Assembly (NCBI RefSeq): GCF_024502345.1
Contig: NZ_JALDNN010000001.1
Source: Escherichia coli
GTDB lineage: Bacteria > Pseudomonadota > Gammaproteobacteria > Enterobacterales > Enterobacteriaceae
Direction: 5' to 3' (one strand)
DNA: 64,000 nucleotides
Shown: piece by piece, positions 42,860 through 52,735 of the stretch
Layout: each line of letters begins with the position of its first letter
Numbering within the stretch: position 1 is the stretch's first letter
The notes under the pieces: generated by a model
Told to the model about the DNA's origin: nothing
What the model saw: the letters and a program-made list of their open reading frames with translations, nothing else
Database searches by the model: none
Position numbers and translations under genes: made by a program

Positions 42860-43480
42860 TCACCGCGAAATAATCAAATGAATGCCAAATCCGGCAAATA
42901 ACGCCCCGGCAAAACCATCAATCCACTTCGCCAGACGTTGATAACCACGGCGCATTTGCGGCAGGGCAAACAGGCTGGCAACGACGGTAAACCACGCCAG
43001 TGTTTCGATAATAATCAACGCGAAAATGCCCCAGCGCTCAGTGGTGCCGACGTTATCGCCGACAAACAGCGAGAATACCGAACCAAAGTAGATAATCGCT
43101 TTCGGATTAGCGAGATTGGTCAGTAAACCTTTCAGGAAACTGCGCCCGCTTTTCGCCAGCTCAATCTGTGGTGCAGGCGCAGATACAGCCTCTTTTTTCA
43201 GTGCACCGCGTAGCATCTGGTAACCCATCCAGCAGAGATACAGGCCACCGCCAACCATAATCAGCGTATGCAGCCAGGCCATTTTTTCGATAATCAAATG
43301 CAGGCCAAGCAACGCAATCCCAGCCCAAACCATTACACCGCAGGTAATGCCCAGCACGCCCATCATCGCTTCTTTACGGGAACGACTGACAGCGGTCTGA
43401 GAGACAAAAAAGAAATCGGGACCGGGGCTCATAAGCGCCACAATATGCACCATGGCGACGGTGAGAAATAACATCAACAT
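42860..43480 (-). CDS. rhtC: threonine efflux protein RhtC (LysE family)
   Basis: 206 aa, begins MLMLFLTVAMVHIVALMSPGPDFFFV. Confidence 0.9.
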   Translation of the reverse strand: MLMLFLTVAMVHIVALMSPGPDFFFVSQTAVSRSRKEAMMGVLGITCGVMVWAGIALLGLHLIIEKMAWLHTLIMVGGGLYLCWMGYQMLRGALKKEAVSAPAPQIELAKSGRSFLKGLLTNLANPKAIIYFGSVFSLFVGDNVGTTERWGIFALIIIETLAWFTVVASLFALPQMRRGYQRLAKWIDGFAGALFAGFGIHLIISR

Positions 43481-43543
43481 ACATTTGACTCGCGGGGGAA
43501 ACGTTTACGGAGTCTTCATCCTGGCACTTTTTTATGCCGCTGA

Positions 43544-45373
43544 CTACTCTTCGTCGTCGCCGTCGACATGCGCACGAATCAGCGTCATAAACGGTTTGCC
43601 AAAGCGTTCCAGCTTGCGCATCCCAACGCCGTTAACGCTGAGCATTTCGCTGGCGGTGATCGGCATCTGTTCAGCCATCTCAATCAAGGTTGCGTCGTTA
43701 AACACCACGTACGGCGGGACATTGCTTTCATCGGCAATCGATTTACGCAGTTTGCGTAATTTGGCGAACAGTTTGCGATCATAGTTGCCGCCGAACGATT
43801 TCTGCATCGCTTTCGGTTTGAGCGCCACGATACGCGGCACGGCAAGTTGCAAAGAGGATTCGCCGCGCAGCACCGGGCGCGCGGCCTCTGTCAGTTGGAG
43901 GGCAGAATGCTGGGCAATATTTTGCGTCACCAGGCCGAGGTGAATCAGCTGGCGGATCACGCTCACCCAATGTTCATGGCTTTTATCACGGCCCATGCCA
44001 TAGACTTTCAGTTTGTCATGACCATAGTCGCGGATACGCTGGTTATTAGCACCACGAATCACTTCCACCACATAACCCATCCCAAACCGCTGATTCACAC
44101 GACCAATGGTGGAAAGCGCAATCTGTGCATCGGTTGAACCGTCGTACTGTTTCGGCGGATCGAGGCAGATATCGCAGTTTCCGCACGGCTCCTGCCGCCC
44201 TTCGCCAAAGTAGTTCAGCAGTACCAGACGACGGCAAGTTTGCGCTTCGGCAAACGCGCCCATCGCATTGAGTTTGTGGCGCTCGATATCCTGCAACTGC
44301 CCCTGCGGCTTCTCTTCCAGACAACGGCGCAGCCACGCCATATCAGCCGGATCGTAAAACAGCATCGCTTCCGCAGGCAGGCCATCACGCCCGGCGCGAC
44401 CGGTTTCCTGATAATAGGATTCGATATTGCGCGGAATATCAAAGTGGACCACGAAGCGAACGTTTGGTTTATTGATGCCCATGCCGAACGCCACCGTCGC
44501 CACCACAATTTGCAGGTCATCGCGCTGGAATTTCTCCTGCACGTCGGCGCGGACATTATTTTCCAGCCCGGCATGATAGGCCGCCGCGCTAATACCCTTG
44601 CTTTGCAGGCGCGCAGCGGTGTCTTCTACTTTCGCCCGGCTGTTGCAGTAGATAATGCCGGACTTACCGCGCTGTTCCTGCACGTAGCGCATCAACTGAT
44701 CGAGCGGTTTGAATTTCTCCATCAGCATGTAGCGAATATTCGGACGGTCAAAACTGCTGATTTGAATCAGCGGATCGTTCAGCCCCAGCAGGCGCACGAT
44801 ATCCTGGCGCGTGGTGTCGTCGGCTGTGGCGGTCAGCGCCATAAACGGCAGCGTCGGGAACCGCTGGCGCAACTGACCGAGCGCGGCATATTCCGGGCGG
44901 AAATCGTGGCCCCATTGGGAGATACAGTGCGCTTCATCAACGGCTAATAACACCGGATTCCAGTGCGCCAGATGCTCAAGAAAGTTATCCAGCATCAGGC
45001 GTTCCGGGGCGATATAAAGCAGACGAATTTGCCCGGTGCGGCAGCCTGTCATCACTTCAAGTTGCTGTTCGCGGGTTTGCGTCGAGTTAAGGCACGCCGC
45101 CGCCACGCCGTTGGCTTGCAGTTGATCCACCTGATCTTTCATCAACGAAATCAGCGGTGAAACAATCACGGTAAGGCCGTTTAGCAATAAGGCAGGAATT
45201 TGATAGCAAAGGGATTTTCCGCCACCGGTGGGCATGACGACCAGGCAATCGCGACCGGAAAGCACAGTGTCGATAATTTCTTCCTGGCCGGGGCGAAACT
45301 GTTGGTAGCCAAAGGTTTCTTGTAAAACCTGTTTAGCTCCGGACTCCAGATTCAACACTTCCGCCTGCGCCAC
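43544..45373 (-). CDS. recQ: ATP-dependent DNA helicase RecQ
   Basis: ORF 43544..45379; helicase motifs ([16 protein letters not shown]) and Zn-binding CxxC cluster. The start is either ATG at 45379 or GTG at 45373. Confidence 0.95.
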   Translation of the reverse strand: MAQAEVLNLESGAKQVLQETFGYQQFRPGQEEIIDTVLSGRDCLVVMPTGGGKSLCYQIPALLLNGLTVIVSPLISLMKDQVDQLQANGVAAACLNSTQTREQQLEVMTGCRTGQIRLLYIAPERLMLDNFLEHLAHWNPVLLAVDEAHCISQWGHDFRPEYAALGQLRQRFPTLPFMALTATADDTTRQDIVRLLGLNDPLIQISSFDRPNIRYMLMEKFKPLDQLMRYVQEQRGKSGIIYCNSRAKVEDTAARLQSKGISAAAYHAGLENNVRADVQEKFQRDDLQIVVATVAFGMGINKPNVRFVVHFDIPRNIESYYQETGRAGRDGLPAEAMLFYDPADMAWLRRCLEEKPQGQLQDIERHKLNAMGAFAEAQTCRRLVLLNYFGEGRQEPCGNCDICLDPPKQYDGSTDAQIALSTIGRVNQRFGMGYVVEVIRGANNQRIRDYGHDKLKVYGMGRDKSHEHWVSVIRQLIHLGLVTQNIAQHSALQLTEAARPVLRGESSLQLAVPRIVALKPKAMQKSFGGNYDRKLFAKLRKLRKSIADESNVPPYVVFNDATLIEMAEQMPITASEMLSVNGVGMRKLERFGKPFMTLIRAHVDGDDEE

Positions 45374-45505
45374 ATTCACCCCGATTGCCTGAAATAAAAA
45401 CAGGCGCTATTTTCAGCGCCTGCGCGAGAAACTGCAATGCTTTTAGTCTCTGAGAGGGTAATCCTGGATGCTGGATTCCAGATTTGCCAACCACTCAACC
45501 GTTCA

Positions 45506-46375
45506 TCAAAACAAATCGTTTAGCATAACCCCCACACCGACACGGGTCTGGTTGAAGTTATAGTCGATGAGCGATTCGCCATAGCCGCTGTAAACCTGAG
45601 TATAAAGGCGCACATGTTTGGTGATCGGGTAACTTAAGCCTAACTCCGCGCCGCCGTAGCCGGTGTTCCAGTTGTACTGTCCTTTCGCACTGAGCACCGC
45701 ATCACCGAGGTGATAGCCGATTTTAAGCTGGTAGTAACCCATATATTTGGTGATATCCGGGTTATCGTCAGTATTACCCACCACATACCACGGCTTCACT
45801 TCTACCAGCCAGTTACCGTTTTCTGCCATCAGGCGAGTATAAAGGCGGTTCCAGCTGCGGGAGGTCGGGTCTGAACGCCCGTTAGAGTCGTGGTTATACC
45901 CCATCTCCACATCGCGCAGTGTCCAGCCTGCAAAACGGTAATCGGTGGCAAAACCGAGGAACAATTGCGGTTCGTAGTTGGTTTCACGAAACGGTGAAGA
46001 CTCTTCGCTATTGGACAGTTGCCACCAGGATTTTTGCGTATAAGACGCACCCAACACCGAGTTCGGGCCTAAAATCCCACGCCACAGCGGAAATGCCAGG
46101 CTCAACTGAAACTTTACTTCATCCTTACGCGCATTTTCCGCCCAGTCGTAACTGGCAATCGCTTCTTTATTCAGATCGCTGGTTTGTGTGTAGATGAGGT
46201 AGTTGGTGTCATAAGGATAGAGCGTGAACGGATTATCATGCTCCTGCAGCATATTGGCGATAATACTGCCACGCACCGCTGGCGCGTCATGCACCTCTTT
46301 CACCGTTGCCTCTTGTGCATATACTGCCATAGGCAACATAAACACCGGCAACAACCAGCCCTGCAGAGTCCGCAT
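45506..46375 (-). CDS. pldA: outer-membrane phospholipase A
   Basis: 289 aa with signal peptide and beta-barrel pattern. Confidence 0.9.
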   Translation of the reverse strand: MRTLQGWLLPVFMLPMAVYAQEATVKEVHDAPAVRGSIIANMLQEHDNPFTLYPYDTNYLIYTQTSDLNKEAIASYDWAENARKDEVKFQLSLAFPLWRGILGPNSVLGASYTQKSWWQLSNSEESSPFRETNYEPQLFLGFATDYRFAGWTLRDVEMGYNHDSNGRSDPTSRSWNRLYTRLMAENGNWLVEVKPWYVVGNTDDNPDITKYMGYYQLKIGYHLGDAVLSAKGQYNWNTGYGGAELGLSYPITKHVRLYTQVYSGYGESLIDYNFNQTRVGVGVMLNDLF

Positions 46376-46539
46376 CGGTCGTGTTCTCCGTAACGAATTA
46401 TTGATAAGGTGAATGTTTTTCTGCGGGCTATTTTACATACTTAACTCCATTGCCGTTAGTTATCCCTTCCTAAAGTAGAAACCAACAACAAAGAAGCATA
46501 AAATCAACATTTCATTAACCAATGAAGTGTAAGGATGAT

Positions 46540-47007
46540 ATGTCTGCCGTACTGACCGCTGAACAAGCCCTGAAATTAGTGGGTGAGATGTTTGTTTATC
46601 ACATGCCATTTAACCGCGCATTGGGGATGGAACTGGAGCGTTACGAAAAAGAGTTCGCACAGCTGGCCTTTAAAAATCAGCCGATGATGGTGGGTAACTG
46701 GGCGCAAAGCATTTTGCACGGCGGAGTCATTGCGTCGGCGCTGGATGTCGCCGCCGGTCTGGTGTGCGTGGGAAGTACCTTAACCCGCCACGAAACCATC
46801 AGTGAAGATGAACTACGCCAGCGGCTATCGCGGATGGGGACCATTGATCTTCGCGTTGATTATCTGCGCCCAGGCAGGGGCGAGCGTTTTACTGCTACCA
46901 GTAGCCTGTTGCGTGCAGGCAATAAAGTCGCCGTCGCCCGCGTTGAATTACACAATGAAGAACAGCTTTATATTGCCAGTGCCACCGCCACCTATATGGT
47001 AGGTTGA
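46540..47007 (+). CDS. yigI: thioesterase-superfamily (hotdog) protein YigI
   Basis: ORF 46522..47007; the start is [12 protein letters not shown] at 46540 (155 aa). Confidence 0.85.
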   Translation: MSAVLTAEQALKLVGEMFVYHMPFNRALGMELERYEKEFAQLAFKNQPMMVGNWAQSILHGGVIASALDVAAGLVCVGSTLTRHETISEDELRQRLSRMGTIDLRVDYLRPGRGERFTATSSLLRAGNKVAVARVELHNEEQLYIASATATYMVG

Positions 47008-47058
47008 AGACATAAAAGCAGGTAAACTGCTGTTACCAATTAAAAATGAGTATTCCCG

Positions 47059-47946
47059 ATGGATGCAAAACAAACGCGGCAGGGCGTATTACTCGCTCTT
47101 GCCGCTTATTTTATTTGGGGTATTGCGCCAGCATACTTCAAGCTGATTTACTACGTGCCCGCCGATGAAATCCTGACGCATCGCGTGATCTGGTCGTTTT
47201 TCTTTATGGTGGTGCTGATGAGCATTTGCCGCCAGTGGTCCTATTTAAAAACGCTGATTCAGACGCCACAGAAAATTTTTATGCTGGCAGTCTCTGCCGT
47301 GCTGATTGGTGGCAACTGGCTACTGTTTATCTGGGCGGTGAACAATCACCATATGCTGGAAGCGAGCCTTGGTTACTTTATTAACCCGCTGGTGAACATT
47401 GTGCTGGGGATGATTTTCCTCGGCGAGCGATTCCGCCGGATGCAATGGCTGGCGGTGATTCTGGCGATATGTGGCGTGTTAGTCCAGCTGTGGACTTTTG
47501 GTTCGCTACCTATTATCGCGCTGGGACTGGCATTTAGTTTTGCCTTCTACGGTCTGGTACGCAAGAAGATTGCCGTTGAAGCGCAAACCGGCATGTTAAT
47601 TGAAACCATGTGGCTGCTGCCCGTGGCGGCAATTTACCTGTTTGCTATTGCCGACAGCTCAACCAGCCATATGGGGCAAAACCCGATGTCGCTGAATTTA
47701 CTGCTGATCGCCGCCGGTATTGTCACTACCGTACCGCTGTTGTGTTTTACCGCCGCTGCCACGCGCTTGCGTCTCTCAACGTTAGGCTTTTTCCAGTACA
47801 TTGGCCCGACGCTGATGTTCCTGCTGGCTGTGACGTTTTATGGTGAAAAACCGGGTGCCGATAAGATGGTGACTTTCGCCTTTATTTGGGTGGCGCTGGC
47901 AATTTTTGTGATGGATGCGATTTATACGCAGCGTAGAAAAAGTTAA
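47059..47946 (+). CDS. rarD: EamA-family transporter RarD
   Basis: 295-aa membrane protein. Confidence 0.9.
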   Translation: MDAKQTRQGVLLALAAYFIWGIAPAYFKLIYYVPADEILTHRVIWSFFFMVVLMSICRQWSYLKTLIQTPQKIFMLAVSAVLIGGNWLLFIWAVNNHHMLEASLGYFINPLVNIVLGMIFLGERFRRMQWLAVILAICGVLVQLWTFGSLPIIALGLAFSFAFYGLVRKKIAVEAQTGMLIETMWLLPVAAIYLFAIADSSTSHMGQNPMSLNLLLIAAGIVTTVPLLCFTAAATRLRLSTLGFFQYIGPTLMFLLAVTFYGEKPGADKMVTFAFIWVALAIFVMDAIYTQRRKS

Positions 47947-47992
47947 GAATTAACATGGGTAGGCCGTTTAATGAGCCTACCCACTGACTTAT

Positions 47993-48337
47993 TTATCTTT
48001 TTTTGAAAAAAATTAAGATAAGAAAAAGAACAATATTTGTTACAGGAAGTACCCCCAAAACTCCCCAGTACTTACTCCATCCTAGAGACATCGTATATCT
48101 ACCAAGGATTTGACAAAACCCAAAACTTAACCCTATACCTATACTTCTTAAATTTAATGTCGTAGTCAGGCTTAAAATAAATAGAACAAGGATGGTAATA
48201 GCCCACCACAATAACCATGCCTTAACAAAATCAGATTTTTTGCTGTAAGGTTCTTTACCCAAGAACAACTGCCAAAAGTTACCATTCCCCATATAGAATC
48301 CATTCCCCAAGATATTGTTTATAGAATAAAAATACAT
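47993..48337 (-). CDS. hypothetical small inner-membrane protein (possibly the yigG equivalent)
   Basis: 114-aa ORF with two or three hydrophobic segments in an AT-rich stretch; strand and identity not verified. Confidence 0.35.
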   Translation of the reverse strand: MYFYSINNILGNGFYMGNGNFWQLFLGKEPYSKKSDFVKAWLLWWAITILVLFILSLTTTLNLRSIGIGLSFGFCQILGRYTMSLGWSKYWGVLGVLPVTNIVLFLILIFFKKR

Positions 48338-48616
48338 TCCAATTATATTTAATTAAAATATACCCCATCAATAAAAACTTACACACTCTAAATTACTACT
48401 GTATAGTTATCAATGCAAAGACTGCTATATTGCATATATATATGCAAACCTCATAATTCAGGTAATATATATATTCAAAACAATTATATATAAAAAACAA
48501 TGTAAAAAATATTCAAATCATCCATCAGAAATATATTCTACCCATCCAGGCTTGAGCATTTATCACGCTTTCAGTTCATAATCTATACATTAACATCATG
48601 GTCAATATTAATAACT

Positions 48617-48895
48617 TTGAATGATATCAACCTGGCTTTGAGTTTTATTCTGGTTATTAATAATACCTATGTAAATATCAATATTGGAGCAAAAAGAATA
48701 AGAGATACTGGATGTAAGGCAATCTACTTTGTATTGATTTCATTGGGTTTGACACTTTTTTCTATTATCTCTGCAGCAATTGAAGGGGTGAGATGTGAGT
48801 CATTAAGCGTCCAACTCAACGTGGCATGGATATTATTCACAACAATTATGTTATCTGCGATTCCCTCGGCTAAAATGTCGCTGTCAGCACACTAA
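48617..48895 (+). CDS. hypothetical small membrane protein (possibly the yigF equivalent)
   Basis: 92-aa ORF, hydrophobic, AT-rich context. Confidence 0.3.
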   Translation: MNDINLALSFILVINNTYVNINIGAKRIRDTGCKAIYFVLISLGLTLFSIISAAIEGVRCESLSVQLNVAWILFTTIMLSAIPSAKMSLSAH

Positions 48896-48920
48896 CTTAC
48901 TCACAGCGACATCGTATAGT

Positions 48921-49047
48921 TACAGCCAGTTCTTGCGCTTAAAGTACAGATACGGTGCCAGGCCCGCGAGGATCATAAAGATAATCGCGCCTGGGTAGCC
49001 GAAACTCCACTTCAGTTCTGGCATAAACTCAAAGTTCATGCCATAGC
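48921..49047 (-). pseudogene. displaced duplicate of the corA 3' end (last ~40 codons)
   Basis: ~127 bp, ~94% identical to the corA 3' end at 51419-51545; encodes ...[43 protein letters not shown] with no upstream corA body. Confidence 0.8.
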
Positions 49048-49209
49048 TGGAGGCAATCGGCGTAGGAAAAAGTTTCCTAATCGGTAAATTCAATATTTTG
49101 TTATTAACAATGAGCAAGACCAATCATTAACGACGTTCTCTTCAGAGATGTAATGAAAAAATGTGAAGTGTACTTCTTTTTTAAATATTTTTTTACCCTA
49201 GCATTTGTT

Positions 49210-49218
49210 CTCAAATTG
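49210..49218. repeat. IS1 target-site duplication, left copy (CTCAAATTG)
   Basis: Identical 9-mer at 49987-49995. Confidence 0.9.
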
Positions 49219-49233
49219 GGTAATGACTCCAAC

Positions 49234-49737
49234 TTATTGATAGTGTTTTATGTTCAGATAATGCCCGATGACTTTGTCATGCAGCTCCACCGATTTTGAG
49301 AACGACAGCGACTTCCGTCCCAGCCGTGCCAGGTGCTGCCTCAGATTCAGGTTATGCCGCTCAATTCGCTGCGTATATCGCTTGCTGATTACGTGCAGCT
49401 TTCCCTTCAGGCGGGATTCATACAGCGGCCAGCCATCCGTCATCCATATCACCACGTCAAAGGGTGACAGCAGGCTCATAAGACGCCCCAGCGTCGCCAT
49501 AGTGCGTTCACCGAATACGTGCGCAACAACCGTCTTCCGGAGCCTGTCATACGCGTAAAACAGCCAGCGCTGGCGCGATTTAGCCCCGACGTATCCCCAC
49601 TGTTCGTCCATTTCCGCGCAGACGATGACGTCACTGCCCGGCTGTATGCGCGAGGTTACCGACTGCGGCCTGAGTTTTTTAAATGGCGGAAAATCGTGTT
49701 GAGGCCAACGCCCATAATGCGGGCGGTTGCCCGGCAT
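49234..49737 (-). CDS. insB: IS1 transposase InsB reading frame
   Basis: 167 aa, begins [16 protein letters not shown]. Confidence 0.9.
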   Translation of the reverse strand: MPGNRPHYGRWPQHDFPPFKKLRPQSVTSRIQPGSDVIVCAEMDEQWGYVGAKSRQRWLFYAYDRLRKTVVAHVFGERTMATLGRLMSLLSPFDVVIWMTDGWPLYESRLKGKLHVISKRYTQRIERHNLNLRQHLARLGRKSLSFSKSVELHDKVIGHYLNIKHYQ

Positions 49738-49931
49738 CCAACGCCATTCATGGCCATATCAATGATTTTCTGGTGCGTACCGGGTTGAGAAGCGGTGTAA
49801 GTGAACTGCAGTTGCCATGTTTTACGGCAGTGAGAGCAGAGATAGCGCTGATGTCCGGCGGTGCTTTTGCCGTTACGCACCACCCCGTCAGTAGCTGAAC
49901 AGGAGGGACAGCTGATAGAAACAGAAGCCAC
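49656..49931 (-). CDS. insA: IS1 InsA
   Basis: 91 aa, begins [42 protein letters not shown]. Confidence 0.9.
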   Translation of the reverse strand: MASVSISCPSCSATDGVVRNGKSTAGHQRYLCSHCRKTWQLQFTYTASQPGTHQKIIDMAMNGVGCRATARIMGVGLNTIFRHLKNSGRSR

Positions 49932-49986
49932 TGGAGCACCTCAAAAACACCATCATACACTAAATCAGTAAGTTGGCAGCATCACC

Positions 49987-49995
49987 CTCAAATTG
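49987..49995. repeat. IS1 target-site duplication, right copy (CTCAAATTG)
   Basis: Exact match to 49210-49218. Confidence 0.9.
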
Positions 49996-50121
49996 ATATT
50001 GAGCTTAAATATAACCAAGGAAAATGTAAATGAATAACACATTACTTCCATCAATTAATATTCCCTGTACACTTTTCGAAACTATTAGTTTATTTGATGA
50101 TTATTCTGCTGATGATATGCA

Positions 50122-50145
50122 ATATGGTGATATGGTGATATGGTA
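50122..50145. repeat. 8-bp tandem repeat (ATATGGTG x3, last copy imperfect) spanning the start codon of ORF 50140
   Basis: atatggtg atatggtg atatggta; each unit contains an ATG, and only the third is in frame with the long ORF. Confidence 0.8.
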
Positions 50146-50886
50146 GAACAAGATTTTCTCTCACTCGGCCTAAGCGATATCTCAGCAAAAGTTGATCCTT
50201 ACAGACTTATTAAATACCATTTCCCTAGCCCAGGTTCTATTAATGTTGCTTTTAGTGCCTCAAGTTCCGGAACAAAAATATCACAACGTGAATGCACTGA
50301 TATTTTATTTGCAGAAATGAAAGAACTAGCAAAAATGTTTTCCTTTTTTGGACAATATAAAACACTTATCGAAGATCTGATTGAACATTTTAGATATGGA
50401 AATGGCAGCAATTTTCATAGCCAACAATTAAATTTATCTTTTCATGAAAAAATAAATAAATATGGTTATAATAGTCCAATACGAATAATCAAAGAATGTA
50501 TCGAAAATGGCATTAATTCAACTCCCTCGACAGGATACCAACCTCTTATCCTGCAAAGCATTAAAACCAAATTACTTTCATCAAGACTAAATAAATTTAA
50601 TGACTTCGAGGACAGTTTTAATGGCTTAGGAATCAGTGTTCATGATATTTCAGCTCAAAAAATATCTCTTTTAAGTTTTCAAAAATACGCTATAGGATGG
50701 AGTGCAACAATTCATTTTGTAGCACAGGACCACTTCGGTCTTGATGTAACTGATATCAAAAACAAGACTTACAGCAAATATAGATTTTTTCGCATATGGT
50801 TCTTTTTACAACGGCATAAAGACTTTGCTTTCAAACCTTTTTTCACCAATTTTAACACTATCGAAAGAATCGAAAATTATCTATGA
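50140..50886 (+). CDS. hypothetical protein, 248 aa, no signal peptide (candidate effector/toxin of a two-gene module)
   Basis: Long ORF in AT-rich DNA; its stop overlaps the next ORF's start (ATGA at 50883-50886). Confidence 0.5.
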   Translation: MVEQDFLSLGLSDISAKVDPYRLIKYHFPSPGSINVAFSASSSGTKISQRECTDILFAEMKELAKMFSFFGQYKTLIEDLIEHFRYGNGSNFHSQQLNLSFHEKINKYGYNSPIRIIKECIENGINSTPSTGYQPLILQSIKTKLLSSRLNKFNDFEDSFNGLGISVHDISAQKISLLSFQKYAIGWSATIHFVAQDHFGLDVTDIKNKTYSKYRFFRIWFFLQRHKDFAFKPFFTNFNTIERIENYL

Positions 50887-51374
50887 AAAGCAAACTCCAG
50901 AAAATTATATTATGTTTATTTCTTCTATGCTGCATCTATAATTTATGGACATTGCGTCCTGTACAGATTTTGTATACATACTCTGATGCTGGCAATTCAG
51001 TCTTTCTGGTCGTTGATCATCTGCCATGGACTGACAGCGATAAAATAAATTGGTATCTGAAGCATCAGAATGAAATTAAAAATCAACATCCCCTACCAGA
51101 AGGTAGTTGGCATACCTGGTATGTCATTGATATCGGTAATGGCTTCACTGACTATAAAAAATATATCGAAGGGCCGTATGAAGATCTCTACTGTTTCCCG
51201 ACAATTAAGAGCAATGATAATTGCATCGTGAAAAATTACTTAATGGTTATTAATGAATACCCTTATCGTAACACTCATATTGTTATTAACGATTTTACTG
51301 AGTATCAATTAACACAAGAAAATAAAATAGAGCGAGTTTTCAATCCGCATGACTTTAAAAAAGACAATTTTTAG
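50883..51374 (+). CDS. hypothetical exported/membrane-anchored protein, 163 aa (candidate immunity partner)
   Basis: N-terminal MKSKLQKIILCLFLLCCIYNLWTL is a signal or anchor sequence; translationally coupled to the upstream ORF. Confidence 0.5.
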   Translation: MKSKLQKIILCLFLLCCIYNLWTLRPVQILYTYSDAGNSVFLVVDHLPWTDSDKINWYLKHQNEIKNQHPLPEGSWHTWYVIDIGNGFTDYKKYIEGPYEDLYCFPTIKSNDNCIVKNYLMVINEYPYRNTHIVINDFTEYQLTQENKIERVFNPHDFKKDNF

Positions 51375-51415
51375 AAATAAGCCGGATAAAAAAATAGCTT
51401 TATCCGGCACTCATA

Positions 51416-52366
51416 TTACAACCAGTTCTTCCGCTTAAAGTACAGATACGGTGCCAGGCCCGCGAGGATCATAAAGATAATCGCGCCTGGGTAGCCGAAA
51501 CTCCACTTCAACTCTGGCATAAATTCAAAGTTCATCCCGTAGCTGGAAGCCACCAGCGTCGGTGGCAGGAACACCACGGATACCACCGAGAAGATTTTGA
51601 TGATGCGGTTCTGCTCGATGTTGATAAAGCCCATCGCCGCCTGCATCAGGAAGTTCACCTTCTGGAACAGGGATTCGTTATGCGGCAGCAGGGATTCGAT
51701 ATCTCGCAGGATTTCACGCGCCTGCTCCAGTTGCCCACCCGGTAAACGCGCCTTGCGTACCAGGAAGTTGAGCGCACGCTGGGTATCCATCAGACACAGG
51801 CGAACTTTCCAGCCGATATCTTCCAGTTCCGCCAGCGTGGAGAGCGCCTCATCGTACTCATCGCCCTGATGCCCTTCCATAATTACCCGGCTCAACTGCT
51901 CCAGATCGCTGTAGATATTTTCAATTTCATCTGCCAGCTGTTCGATTTTGGTTTCGAACAGATCCAACAGCAGCTCGTAGGCGTTACCGTCCACCATTGA
52001 CTGGCTACGGGCGCGCATACGATACAGACGGAATGCAGGCAGTTCACGCTCACGCAGAGTAAACAGACGACCATCACGGATGGTAAATGCCACAGTGGAG
52101 TTACCGGCGTGATCTTCCGCATCTTCAAAGAAGAAGAAGGAGTGAATATGCAGGCCGTCATCGTCTTCAAAGAAACGTGCCGATGCTTCGATGTCTTCCA
52201 GTTCCGGGCGGGTTGCCAGGCTCTGGCCAAGTTCAGATTGTACGCGCAGTCGCTCGTCGTCGTCCGGTTCGACAAGATCAATCCATACTGCATTTACAAG
52301 GGGTTGTGACTCTTCGACTTCCAGCCGGGTCAGTCGGTTATTTTCCAGTTGAAATGCGCTCAGCAT
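51416..52366 (-). CDS. corA: magnesium/cobalt transport protein CorA
   Basis: ORF 51416..52381; the start is [16 protein letters not shown] at 52366 (316 aa); GMN motif (YGMNF) and two C-terminal TM helices. Confidence 0.95.
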   Translation of the reverse strand: MLSAFQLENNRLTRLEVEESQPLVNAVWIDLVEPDDDERLRVQSELGQSLATRPELEDIEASARFFEDDDGLHIHSFFFFEDAEDHAGNSTVAFTIRDGRLFTLRERELPAFRLYRMRARSQSMVDGNAYELLLDLFETKIEQLADEIENIYSDLEQLSRVIMEGHQGDEYDEALSTLAELEDIGWKVRLCLMDTQRALNFLVRKARLPGGQLEQAREILRDIESLLPHNESLFQKVNFLMQAAMGFINIEQNRIIKIFSVVSVVFLPPTLVASSYGMNFEFMPELKWSFGYPGAIIFMILAGLAPYLYFKRKNWL

Positions 52367-52735
52367 GACCGGGACTCCCAATGCTTAAAATATCGGACAG
52401 TTCGGTGGGCACACAGAAACAAATTGGGTTTCAGACCATTAAACAGCCTGACTCAGCGCGACGGGAAAAATTGAGGTCGCTGACAACCGCTAAGGCTATC
52501 AGCAAAAAGGGATAGCCTTAGGAGTTGATCCTGGATGACAGGATAGTGAGGCAGTATCTACTGGGTGTGTCCAAGGCGAATGTCCTCTTAGAGTGATCGT
52601 GCGCGCATGTTACGCCAGCAAAATTTTGCCGTCAACACGCAACAGAACACCACAGAACAATAGTTGAACTTCGCGCTTTTTGGTACTCGTCAAGGTCGCT
52701 AACAGGATAAAAAAATCCAACATCCAGGACCTATA

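Larger units (their letters stand above)
49219..49986 (-). mobile_element. IS1 insertion sequence (768 bp)
   Basis: Ends GGTAATGACTCCAACTT ... AGTAAGTTGGCAGCATCACC; insA and insB ORFs inside; flanked by a 9-bp direct repeat. Confidence 0.95.

Noticed and set aside
48921-51545. The corA islet as a prophage or integrative element with its own integrase
   Set aside because: No integrase or recombinase ORF or phage-like gene lies between the repeats; the only recombination-related gene nearby is IS1. Only the repeat signature is reported, and the vehicle stays unknown.
52382-52735. A riboswitch or leader peptide in the corA / yigE intergenic region
   Set aside because: I could not identify a conserved structure by eye and have no basis beyond it being a long 5' region.
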